Part shown: in pieces, positions 24,458 to 33,269 of the stretch
Position numbering within the stretch: position 1 is the first letter of the stretch
How the letters are laid out: the number at the start of each line of letters is the position of its first letter
Assembly (NCBI GenBank): GCA_031418595.1
Contig: JANOXU010000267.1
Coordinates: 1,848 to 65,847 of the forward strand
DNA length: 64,000 nt
Direction: 5' to 3'
DNA from: Burkholderiales bacterium
GTDB lineage: Bacteria > Pseudomonadota > Gammaproteobacteria > Burkholderiales > Burkholderiaceae_C
The notes under the pieces: model-generated
Database searches by the model: none
Told to the model about the DNA's origin: nothing
What the model saw: only the letters and a program-made list of their open reading frames with translations
Translations under genes and position numbers: made by a program

Positions 24458-27262
24458 ATGACGGATTCAGCGCCGTCTGGGCGCACGGTCTTCCTCAGCT
24501 ACAACCGCGAAAACGCCACGGCGGCGACGCAACTGCGCGACTGGCTGCGTGATGAAGGCCTGGACGTGTTCATGGACAACGTCCACCTCATCGCCGGCGA
24601 GCCCTGGCTGCAGCGCCTGAAGCAAGAAGTGGCGCAGGCCCGTGCGGTGGTCGTTTTGATGCGCCACGAAGGCCCGCGCGGCTTTGTGCTCGACGAAGTG
24701 AGCTGGTTCCTTGAACGCCACGCGCAGGCGCTGGCCCTGAAGCTGCCCGCGCCGGGTTTGTTTCCGGTTTGTCTGGGCGAGGTACCCGAAGAGCAGGCGC
24801 TCGATGCGCGCGTGCACGCGCTGCTGAAGTTTCAGGTCACGCTTTGGCAACCCGGGCAAGCCATGCCCACCGCTTTGCTCGATGCCCTGCGCAAACTGCT
24901 GCCGTCGGAACACTTCGCGCCCCAGCATTGCCCGTTCCGTGGCCTGGCCACCTTTGAAGAGAGCGACGCCGCGTGGTTCTTCGGCCGCAAGCGCGAAACG
25001 CACGAGGTGACCGACGGCCTGGGCAGCGCGCCCGCAGCCGACGGCACATTCGACCGGCAAGCGCCGGGCCACCGCCGTTATGCGCTGATCAGCGGCGACA
25101 GCGGTTCGGGCAAGTCCTCGCTGCTGCGTGCCGGAGTGTTGCCGCTGCTGCGCGCAGGCGCCCTGTGGTCGCGCACCGGCCTGCGCCACTGGCGCGTCGT
25201 GGGCCCGCTGCGGCCCGGCGCCCGGCCGTTGGCCGAGCTGGAACGCGCACTCAGTGCGATGCTTGACGCGGCCCAGCCCGAGGCGCCGGCTGCGGCCCGG
25301 CTTGCGGCTTTGCGCGGCGATGCCGGCGCGCTGGTTGGCCTGCTCGCCAAGGTTCAGGTTGCGGACACCGGCGTGCTGCTGATCGTTGATCAGATGGAAG
25401 AGCTGCTGCAAACCAGTGTCGATGCGGGCGAGCGGCAGCAGTTTGGCGCGCTGCTGGCCATGGCCTTGCAAACCCCAAGCTGCCCGCTTTACCTGGTCGG
25501 CACCGTGCGGGCCGATGCCCTGGCCGAACTGGACACCTTGGAGCCCGAGTTGGTGCGCGCGCGCAACCGCTGCGGCCTGGTCTATACCTTGCCACGCATC
25601 ACCGAGTCGGGCCTGCGCCTGAGCATTGAAGAGCCGGCGCGCCGCGCGGGCGTCGACGTCAGCGAAGTGGCCGAACTGATTCTGGGCGAGGCGCACAACG
25701 AGCCCGGCGCCTTGGCCTTGGTGCAGCACGCGCTGTGGTCGTTGTGGCGCACGCAGCACCGGCGCGGGCCCGTCACCCGCTTGCTGCGCAGCGACCATGA
25801 AGCCGCCGGCGGCCTGGCCGGCATGCTCAGCCGCGATGCGGATGCCGCCCTGGAGCAGGTGAAGGCAGAGCTGGGCAGCGACGCCGGCGCGATGCAACTG
25901 TTGCGCCAAATGACCTGGGTGGGCGCCGAAGACCGGCTGTTCCGCCGCCGGTTGGGCCGCACCGAGGCCGAGTGGTGGGCCGGTGCGGGCGAGCGCGAAC
26001 GCGGCGCGCGGGTGATCGGCATGCTCTCAGGCCAAAGTGCAGCGACAGCAGATGCTGAACCCGGCATGGCCCCGGCAGCACATTTGCCGCTGTTAGTGAC
26101 CGGCAACGATGGCGGCGCCGAGCCCTACGTGGAGCTGGTGCACGAGATGCTGCTGCGCACGAGTGGGCGTTCCGGTGAGCCGGCGCGGCCGCATTGGCAG
26201 CGGCTGTATGAATTCATCCAGCGCCACTTGAACGAGCTCAAGCTCGAACAGCGCTTGCACGCCGACGTGCACACCTGGCGCCAGCTCAGCTTCTGGCAAC
26301 GCTGGCGCCGCCTGGCCAGCTTCAAAGAGCAGCGCCAATACGCACGCTTGCCGCGTTCAGCCGATGCCAACACGCGGCGCTATTTGGCGTTCAGCCGCAG
26401 CAAGTCGGGCGTGCTGGTGGCCGCTGTGGCGCTGCCCTTGGCTTACCTGGGCGTGGGCAGCTACTTTATTTTCCAGCAGGGCAATATTTTTCCCATCAAC
26501 TACGCCACGCGGCTGCCGCTGTGGGCACTGGGCATGGGCGCCGAACCTGAGTTCGCGCGCCTGCCCGGCGCCACCGCGACCTTTGACTTTGGTTGCGACC
26601 CGGCACGCGACACGGTGGACAGGCAGGCTTGCGGCGGCGGCTACTTGCCGCTGCAACGCGCTTTCAGCCAGCCCATTCGTTGCGACATGGGCCGCCACGA
26701 GGTCAGCTTCGAACAGTTCGATCGTTTCGTTTTCAGCCAGCGACGTGCCGGCGCCGCACAACACCCGTATCCCGCGCCGGGCGAGAAGGTTCGCGGCGAG
26801 CAGCCGGTGATGGAGGTTTCACGCGCCGATGCGCAGGCCTACGCGGCATGGCTAAGCGCGCGCAGCAACCCACCGCAGCGGTATCGGTTGCCGCTGGAAT
26901 GGGAATGGGAATACGCCGCCCGCGCCGGCTCCAGCGGGCCCTACCCGTGGGGCACCGAGTCGCCCGTGGGCCGCGCCAATTTCGACGACAACGGCCCGGC
27001 CACGCCCGCGGCGCGGCCGGTGCGCAGCGGCCAGCCCAATGCCTTCGGCCTGCACCATGTGGTGGGCAATGTGAGCGAATGGGTGGCCGACGATGCCAAC
27101 CCCTTCACGGCCTCGGCGCCGCAGCATGTTTCACGCGGCGGCTCTTTCGCTCAAGGCGCCTCGCGGGTACGGGTGGCGGCGCGCCAGTCCATGGAACCCG
27201 ATCAAGCGGGCGACACGAGCACGGCCACCAACATTGGCTTCAGGCTTTGTCGGGAAAGATGA
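24458..27262 (+). CDS. TIR - nSTAND1 NTPase - transmembrane helix - FGE-sulfatase (SUMF1-like) protein (start 24458; 24419 possible)
   Basis: TIR: VFLSYNRE...FMD...GEPW...FVLDEV. Linker CPFRGLATFEESDAAWFFGR. Walker A GDSGSGKSS; Walker B LIVDQMEE; ELVHEMLL..HWQRL. TM VLVAAVALPLAYLGVGSYFIF. FGE: RLPLEWEWEYAAR, PNAFGLHHVVGNVSEW, RGGSF, IGFRL. Confidence 0.88.
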   Translation: MTDSAPSGRTVFLSYNRENATAATQLRDWLRDEGLDVFMDNVHLIAGEPWLQRLKQEVAQARAVVVLMRHEGPRGFVLDEVSWFLERHAQALALKLPAPGLFPVCLGEVPEEQALDARVHALLKFQVTLWQPGQAMPTALLDALRKLLPSEHFAPQHCPFRGLATFEESDAAWFFGRKRETHEVTDGLGSAPAADGTFDRQAPGHRRYALISGDSGSGKSSLLRAGVLPLLRAGALWSRTGLRHWRVVGPLRPGARPLAELERALSAMLDAAQPEAPAAARLAALRGDAGALVGLLAKVQVADTGVLLIVDQMEELLQTSVDAGERQQFGALLAMALQTPSCPLYLVGTVRADALAELDTLEPELVRARNRCGLVYTLPRITESGLRLSIEEPARRAGVDVSEVAELILGEAHNEPGALALVQHALWSLWRTQHRRGPVTRLLRSDHEAAGGLAGMLSRDADAALEQVKAELGSDAGAMQLLRQMTWVGAEDRLFRRRLGRTEAEWWAGAGERERGARVIGMLSGQSAATADAEPGMAPAAHLPLLVTGNDGGAEPYVELVHEMLLRTSGRSGEPARPHWQRLYEFIQRHLNELKLEQRLHADVHTWRQLSFWQRWRRLASFKEQRQYARLPRSADANTRRYLAFSRSKSGVLVAAVALPLAYLGVGSYFIFQQGNIFPINYATRLPLWALGMGAEPEFARLPGATATFDFGCDPARDTVDRQACGGGYLPLQRAFSQPIRCDMGRHEVSFEQFDRFVFSQRRAGAAQHPYPAPGEKVRGEQPVMEVSRADAQAYAAWLSARSNPPQRYRLPLEWEWEYAARAGSSGPYPWGTESPVGRANFDDNGPATPAARPVRSGQPNAFGLHHVVGNVSEWVADDANPFTASAPQHVSRGGSFAQGASRVRVAARQSMEPDQAGDTSTATNIGFRLCRER

Positions 27263-28914
27263 ACATGCGGCTCAAAGCAATCATGCTGGCATTGGCCACC
27301 GCTGGCGTTTGCGGCGCTGCCTGGGCACAGACCAGCCCACCCGTGCCGGAGCCACCGGCCCAGTTGGTGCCCAGCACCAAGCCGGCGGCACCGCCGGTGG
27401 TCGAGGTGCGGCATTACCTGGTGCTGGGCGTGACGCTGCTCGACGCCGCCGTGGTGCGCGCCGCACTCACCGGGTTGATCGGCCCACGCACGGTGGAAGA
27501 ACTGCACCGCGCCGCGGGCCAGGTGCAGGCGCTGTACGCGCGTGCCGGTTATGGCGCGGTGGTGGTGTACCTGCCGCCGCAAGAAGTGTCGGGCGGCGTC
27601 ATCACCTTGCAGGTGATTGAAGGCCGCTTGTCAGCGGTGCGCGTGGAAGGCGCTGGCCCGGCCTTCGGCGAGGCCGGCATCCTGGCCAGCCTGCCGGCGC
27701 TGCAAGCTGGCCAGACACCGCGCCTGGACCGGGTTGACGCGCAGTTGCGCATGGCCAACGACAACCCGGCCAAACGCACCCGCCTGGTGCTGCTGCCTGG
27801 GCAGCAGCCCGAACAGACCGAGGCCGAGATCGCGGTGGCGCCGGCGCCACGCCGCCAGCTTGGGCTGGAGCTTGATGACAGCGGCACGCCGGCCACCGGG
27901 CGCGCGCACCTGGGCCTGACCTGGCGCGACGCCAATGCGAGCGGCCGCGACGATGTGCTCGAACTGCGCCTGCAAGTCGCGCCCGAACAGCCCAGGCAAT
28001 TCGCGGCGGCCGGCCTGAGCTACCGGCTGCCGCTGTACCGCGCGCGCACCATGCTCGACGCCTTTGCGCTGCTGTCAGACACGCGCAGCGCCAGCATTCC
28101 CACGGCGCTGGGCGAGCTGCGCTTCGCCGGGCGCGGCCATCTGCTGGGGCTGCGCGCGACGCACTACCTGCCGCGGCTGGCGGCGTTTGATGCGCGCCTG
28201 GCATTAGGGCTCGAATACCGCGACCAACGCAACCAATGCGCCATCGGCACCCTGCCTGGCGGGGCCTGCGGCAGCGCGGGCGGTGATTTGGCCATCTTGC
28301 CCTTGACCCTGGAATACAGCCTGGCTGGCGACGCGCTGACGCCGCTGGCCCTGAACCTGGCCTGGGTGCAGGGCCTGGCCGCGGGTGGCGGCCGCGCTGA
28401 CCGCGCCGCGTTCGACGCCGTGCGGCCCGGCGCGCGACCCACCTTCACCGCGCTGCGGGCCCAGTTGAGTGCGCAACAACGCCTGAGCGTCACCGGCTGG
28501 GCCGCCAGCGCGCGCCTGGCCGGGCAATGGGCGGCGCAGCCCTTGGTGCCGGCGATGCAGTTCGGTGCCGGTGGGCGCGCTTCAGTGCGGGGCTACGAGG
28601 AGCGCGAACTCGCGGCCGACCATGGCCTGGCGCTGTCGCTGGAGTTGTCCGCACCCGGTTGGCAGGGCCCGCCCTGGCCGGGCACCACCTTGCGCCCACT
28701 GTTGTTCGTTGACGCCGCCACGCTGCGCAACCGCGACGCCGCCCCTTGCAGCGGCCTGCAGATGCGGTGCGACCTGGCCAGTGCCGGCTTTGGCCTGCGG
28801 CTCGACGCACGCGCGCTCACAGTCAGCCTGGACATCGCCCACGCTCTGCGCAGCGCGGGCACCACCCAGCGCGGGCACACGCGCGGCCACGTCTGGCTGC
28901 GCCTGGTGTATTGA
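27259..28914 (+). CDS. TpsB (ShlB/FhaC/HecB) two-partner secretion outer-membrane transporter
   Basis: Start MNMRLK (ATGA overlap); signal peptide; POTRA (LYARAGYGAVVVYLPPQEV..GVITLQVIEGRL); DDSG; QFGAGGRASVRGY motif; beta-strand C-terminus WLRLVY. Confidence 0.92.
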   Translation: MNMRLKAIMLALATAGVCGAAWAQTSPPVPEPPAQLVPSTKPAAPPVVEVRHYLVLGVTLLDAAVVRAALTGLIGPRTVEELHRAAGQVQALYARAGYGAVVVYLPPQEVSGGVITLQVIEGRLSAVRVEGAGPAFGEAGILASLPALQAGQTPRLDRVDAQLRMANDNPAKRTRLVLLPGQQPEQTEAEIAVAPAPRRQLGLELDDSGTPATGRAHLGLTWRDANASGRDDVLELRLQVAPEQPRQFAAAGLSYRLPLYRARTMLDAFALLSDTRSASIPTALGELRFAGRGHLLGLRATHYLPRLAAFDARLALGLEYRDQRNQCAIGTLPGGACGSAGGDLAILPLTLEYSLAGDALTPLALNLAWVQGLAAGGGRADRAAFDAVRPGARPTFTALRAQLSAQQRLSVTGWAASARLAGQWAAQPLVPAMQFGAGGRASVRGYEERELAADHGLALSLELSAPGWQGPPWPGTTLRPLLFVDAATLRNRDAAPCSGLQMRCDLASAGFGLRLDARALTVSLDIAHALRSAGTTQRGHTRGHVWLRLVY

Positions 28915-28941
28915 CGCCGACTCAACCGCAGGAGAACCGCC

Positions 28942-31900
28942 ATGGCACTGCCTGTTCATCTTCACCTGTCGCGGCTCGCACAGGCTGCGCTGTGTGGCCT
29001 GGCCGCATGGCCGCTTGGCGCCTACGCCGGCGACCTGCTGCTGCCTGTGGCGCCCACGGTGGTGCATGGCCAAGCCCGCATCACCACCACGGGCCAGACC
29101 ATGACGGTGACCAGTGGGCGCAATGCCGCGATCGACTGGCGCAGCTTTTCCATCGGGCCGCAGGCGGCGGTGCGCTTCGAGCAAGCTGATGCTGCCAGCC
29201 AGGTGCTCAACCGCGTGCTCGGGCGCGACCCCTCGCAGATCCTCGGGCGCCTGAGCAGCAACGGCGAGGTCTGGCTCATCAACCCCTACGGTGTGCTGTT
29301 CGGCCGCGACGCGCGGGTCGACGTGGCCGGGCTGGTGGCCTCGACCCTGAACCTGTCCACCGCCGACTGGGCCGCCGGCCGGCGCCGGCTTGATCAACTG
29401 GCTGGCGTGCCGGGTGCGGCCGTCAGCAACGCCGGCACGCTGCGCAGCCGCAGCGGCGGGCGCATCTTGCTGGTGGGCGGCGCCGGGGTGGTCAACGAGG
29501 GCGAGATCGACGCGCCTCAGGGCCGCATCGGCTTGCATGCCGCCGCCAGCGTGGAGCTGGCCGACAGTGCGCAGCCCGACATCGCCGTGCGCGTTTTCGC
29601 GCCAGGCCAGGGTGTGCTCAACCGCGGCGTGCTCAGCGCCGCAGGCGGCGTCATCGACCTGCAAGGCGCGATGGTCAATCAAGCCGGTGTGGTGCGGGCC
29701 GATGGCCTGGCCAGCGGGCCGGGCGGCGCGGTGCTGCTGCGCGCCAGCAACTCGCTGGTGTTTGAGGCGGGCAGCCTGACATCGGCCACCGGCGCGCCGG
29801 GCGGGCGCATTGATCTGCTGGGCGGCACGCAGCTCGTGCAGGGCCGCATCGACGCCGGTTCCGCCACCGGCCTGGGCGGACAGCTCAGCCTGGCCGGGCC
29901 GCAGATCGCGTTGCTGGACGGGGCGGTGCTGCAAGCGGATGGCGCCTTGGGCGGTGGCCTGCTCGCCGTTGGCGCGCCGCACGAAGCCAACGGCCTGCGC
30001 CTGCCGGCAGCGCAAGCGGTGTTTGTGGATCGCGGCGCGCGCCTGTCGGCCGACGCGCTGCACAGCGGTGATGGCGGCAGCATTCGCCTGTGGAGCGACG
30101 GCGCCACGCGCGCCTTTGGCCGCTTCAGTGCCCGCGGTGGCCCCCATGGCGGCAACGGTGGCTTGATTGAAACGTCTGGCCTGGGCTTGGAAGCCAACCC
30201 CGCCGCGGTGGACACTCAGGCGCCACGCGGGCGGGCCGGGCTGTGGCTGCTCGACCCGCTGGACGTTCGCATCGTGTCAGGCAATGGCAGTAACCAGGTC
30301 AGCGCGGGGCCCGACTTCAGCCCGCTGGGGTCGAATGCAAGCATCGGCACCAACACCATCACGAGCGCGCTGGCCAGTGGCGACGTGACCATCAGCACCG
30401 GCGCCACCGGCACACAGGCGGGGACGATCTCGATGAACGACGTGACGCTGAATGCGCCCCTGCCCGCGATCATCACAGGGGCCGGCAGCCTGATCGTGGA
30501 ACGCACGCTCACATTGAATGCCGCTTCGGGCATTGTCCTGACCGATGCCAGCATTCAGTCGAGCAGCGGTCGACTGCACCTGCGCTTGCTCGCCGGTTCA
30601 GGCGCCGCCGACGGCATCAGCCTGAATAACGCCAGCATCAACGTGCGGGGCGACCTCACGATGCGCGGGGCGAGTCTCAGCACCCAGGCTTCAATCGTCA
30701 TTGCGCGGCAGATCGACGTGCAGGCCAACCGGATCACGCTGGGCACGCCGTCGTCGATTGAAGGCATTGAGCCCACGCTGTTCGCCACGGGCGCGGGCAA
30801 TGCGCTGGTCGTGCGCGGCCTGGTTGACAACGTCGCTGTCTTTGACAGCGTGGCCGGCAGCAGCGCCCTGGCCACGGGTGATTCAGGCCGCTGGCTGCTC
30901 TATGCGCGCGACCCGGCTAACACCAGGCTCGATGGGCTGGCCTACCAGTTCAAGCAGTACGGTGCCATCTACCCGGCGCCAGCGCTGGGCGATGGCAATG
31001 CAAACGGCCTGCTCTACGCCACGCAGCCGGTGCTGGGCGTTGCCTCGAGCCTGCCACTGAACAAGGTGTATGACGGCAGCCGCACGCTGGGGTTGTCGGC
31101 GGCCCAGCTCGACACGTTGGCCCTGACCGGCTTTCTGCCCGGTGATGCGCCAAGCGTGCGCACCGGCCTGATCGCCAGCCTGAGCTACGACAGCCGCAAC
31201 GCGGGCGCTGCCGTGCCGATCACGGCCAGCCTGAAAGGCGAGCTGCCAGCGGTGTTTGATGGGGACAGTCCGGTCTACGGCTACGTCTTCGCGGGCCAGG
31301 GGCTGGCCGGCAACATCAACCCCGCTGCGCTCACCTACCGCGCCCAACCCCTGACCGTGGTGGCCGGCACGGGCTGGCCCGCGCTGGCCGGAACAGTCAC
31401 AGGCTTCGTGCCCGGTGAGTCGCAGGCCAGCGCCACCAGCGGCACGCTGCGCTTCACAACCGCGGCCGGGCCAGCGTCGCCGGCCGGCGCCTACGCGGTG
31501 CAAGGCGTGGGCTTGACGGCGGCGAACTACACCTTCGTGAATGATCCGGCCAACGCGCAGGCCCTGCGCGTGCTGCCGGCCGGCAGCAACGAAGGTCTGC
31601 CACGTCCCACCTTGCCCAGCGACAGGCCAGCGCAGCCTGACCAGCCAGGCAACCCGCGCTTGACGGTGGTGGAGCCGATCTCAGCGGCCGGGTTTGCGCC
31701 GCTCGATTCGAGCCGGCTCCCGGGCCGGCAGCTCGATGCGGCGTTTCGTTCGCGCGAGCTGGCCCTGGCGCGCCCCTTCCGCGCCGGCAAAGCCATGCTT
31801 GACGCCAACCCCAGCCTGGCCGACTTGCCCGATTGCGCCGACGTGGGCGGTGCCGTGCAGGGCGAGTGCATCGTCACGCCGGCACTCAAGATCGCCATGC

Positions 31901-33246
31901 AGCGGCTGTGGACGGTGCAGCCGCAATGGGCGGGTGAGTGGGCACTGCTGGATCGGGACGACTTGTTCGACCGCATGGTCTGGCGTGGTGACATCGACCT
32001 GTCAAAGTTCGGGGCGCAGGCTCTCGTCCTGCCGGGCGATAACACGCTCGCGCTGACCACGCCTTCTGGCCTGGGCGGGAGCAGCACACTGACGCCTCAA
32101 ATGCTGGTCATGGCCGCCGCCGGGCAGACCGGCGCCGCCGCTGGCGTGCAAGGGGGAGCTGCCGCGCCGCCGGCGGTCATCGTCGCCAGCGCAGCAACCC
32201 CCGAACAGCTGATCGCCATGGCGCCCACCGCGGCAGTGAATGCGCCAGGCAATGCGCCGGTGTGCGAAACGCCCAAGCAACAGCTCAGCGGCGAATGCCA
32301 GCGTCAAACCGAGTTGGAAGCCTTACGCGGCGCGCTCCAGCGCTGCGTATCGGAGCCGCGTGACAAGCAACCGGCCTGCCTGTTTTCGGAGCAGGTGAAG
32401 TTCCACCTGCAGCAGCGTGAACGCGAGGCGCGTTTTCTCAGCGTCACCCTGCAACAGCAGGACGCACGCCAGGCCACGCTGCCCGACATTCGGCGCAAGT
32501 GGGCGCTGGTGATCGGCGTCGAGCATTACCCCAAGGTCGCGCTGGGTGGCCAACCCGTGCGCATGCCCAACGCCGGCCACGACGCGCGGGCGGTGGCGGC
32601 CGAGCTGCGTGGCGGCTTTGGCTACATCACGTCAGAACTGGTCAACCCCAGCCGCGCCCAGGTGGTGCAGCGGCTGAACATGTTGGCGGCCGTGGCGCAA
32701 CCGAACGACTCGCTGCTCATCTTCTTCTCGGGCTACGGCTTCAGCATCGCGCAGGGCGACGACGCCGTTTGGGCCTTGAGCGATGCCGACCCGCGTGATG
32801 GCCGCACCGTCTTGTCACACGCCGATCTGGCCAAGCTGCTCGGCTTGATCGACGCGCGCCAGGTGGCATTGATTTCCGACAGCTCGCTGGCCGGGCGCCT
32901 GCGCGTCAAGCCGGTGGACTACAACGCCTTGGCCGCGCCCGACGCGGTTGGGCTGCTCGACCGCCGCGCCACGGTGGCGCTGACATCGGGCGGCAACCTG
33001 CCCATGAGCACCATGCAGGGGCAGGGCTTGTCGGACTTCGCGGCGCAGTTGGTGGGCGTGCTGCGCCGGGTGAAGACCTGGCACGTGGGTGGGCGCATCT
33101 TCCGCGAAGTGCAAACGCCCTTGATCCAGGCCGGCCGGCCCTTCGTGCCGCAGTACGGGGCCGCATCGGAACGCCTGCACCAGCCGCGCGCGGACTACAT
33201 CTTCGAACGCCGTGAACTGCAAGCCGAAGTACCGGCCAAGCCGTGA
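28942..33246 (+). CDS. TpsA exoprotein: HMW1-type TPS domain, beta-helix, YDG and MBG repeats, Cys-rich linker, C-terminal caspase-like (C14) domain with substituted dyad
   Basis: Signal peptide; IDWRSFSIG..VLNRV..SNGEVWLINPYG; GGLIETSG..WLLDP; KVYDG; INPAALT...AANYTF; KWALVIGVEHY..PNAGHDA..LIFFSGYG..LISDSS. Confidence 0.85.
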   Translation: MALPVHLHLSRLAQAALCGLAAWPLGAYAGDLLLPVAPTVVHGQARITTTGQTMTVTSGRNAAIDWRSFSIGPQAAVRFEQADAASQVLNRVLGRDPSQILGRLSSNGEVWLINPYGVLFGRDARVDVAGLVASTLNLSTADWAAGRRRLDQLAGVPGAAVSNAGTLRSRSGGRILLVGGAGVVNEGEIDAPQGRIGLHAAASVELADSAQPDIAVRVFAPGQGVLNRGVLSAAGGVIDLQGAMVNQAGVVRADGLASGPGGAVLLRASNSLVFEAGSLTSATGAPGGRIDLLGGTQLVQGRIDAGSATGLGGQLSLAGPQIALLDGAVLQADGALGGGLLAVGAPHEANGLRLPAAQAVFVDRGARLSADALHSGDGGSIRLWSDGATRAFGRFSARGGPHGGNGGLIETSGLGLEANPAAVDTQAPRGRAGLWLLDPLDVRIVSGNGSNQVSAGPDFSPLGSNASIGTNTITSALASGDVTISTGATGTQAGTISMNDVTLNAPLPAIITGAGSLIVERTLTLNAASGIVLTDASIQSSSGRLHLRLLAGSGAADGISLNNASINVRGDLTMRGASLSTQASIVIARQIDVQANRITLGTPSSIEGIEPTLFATGAGNALVVRGLVDNVAVFDSVAGSSALATGDSGRWLLYARDPANTRLDGLAYQFKQYGAIYPAPALGDGNANGLLYATQPVLGVASSLPLNKVYDGSRTLGLSAAQLDTLALTGFLPGDAPSVRTGLIASLSYDSRNAGAAVPITASLKGELPAVFDGDSPVYGYVFAGQGLAGNINPAALTYRAQPLTVVAGTGWPALAGTVTGFVPGESQASATSGTLRFTTAAGPASPAGAYAVQGVGLTAANYTFVNDPANAQALRVLPAGSNEGLPRPTLPSDRPAQPDQPGNPRLTVVEPISAAGFAPLDSSRLPGRQLDAAFRSRELALARPFRAGKAMLDANPSLADLPDCADVGGAVQGECIVTPALKIAMQRLWTVQPQWAGEWALLDRDDLFDRMVWRGDIDLSKFGAQALVLPGDNTLALTTPSGLGGSSTLTPQMLVMAAAGQTGAAAGVQGGAAAPPAVIVASAATPEQLIAMAPTAAVNAPGNAPVCETPKQQLSGECQRQTELEALRGALQRCVSEPRDKQPACLFSEQVKFHLQQREREARFLSVTLQQQDARQATLPDIRRKWALVIGVEHYPKVALGGQPVRMPNAGHDARAVAAELRGGFGYITSELVNPSRAQVVQRLNMLAAVAQPNDSLLIFFSGYGFSIAQGDDAVWALSDADPRDGRTVLSHADLAKLLGLIDARQVALISDSSLAGRLRVKPVDYNALAAPDAVGLLDRRATVALTSGGNLPMSTMQGQGLSDFAAQLVGVLRRVKTWHVGGRIFREVQTPLIQAGRPFVPQYGAASERLHQPRADYIFERRELQAEVPAKP

Positions 33247-33269
33247 TTTCGCCCCGCGCCAGCGGCCAG

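Noticed and set aside
26900-27262. FGE/C-lectin domain as a diversity-generating retroelement target
   Set aside because: No reverse transcriptase and no template repeat of the 3' end are visible in the window.
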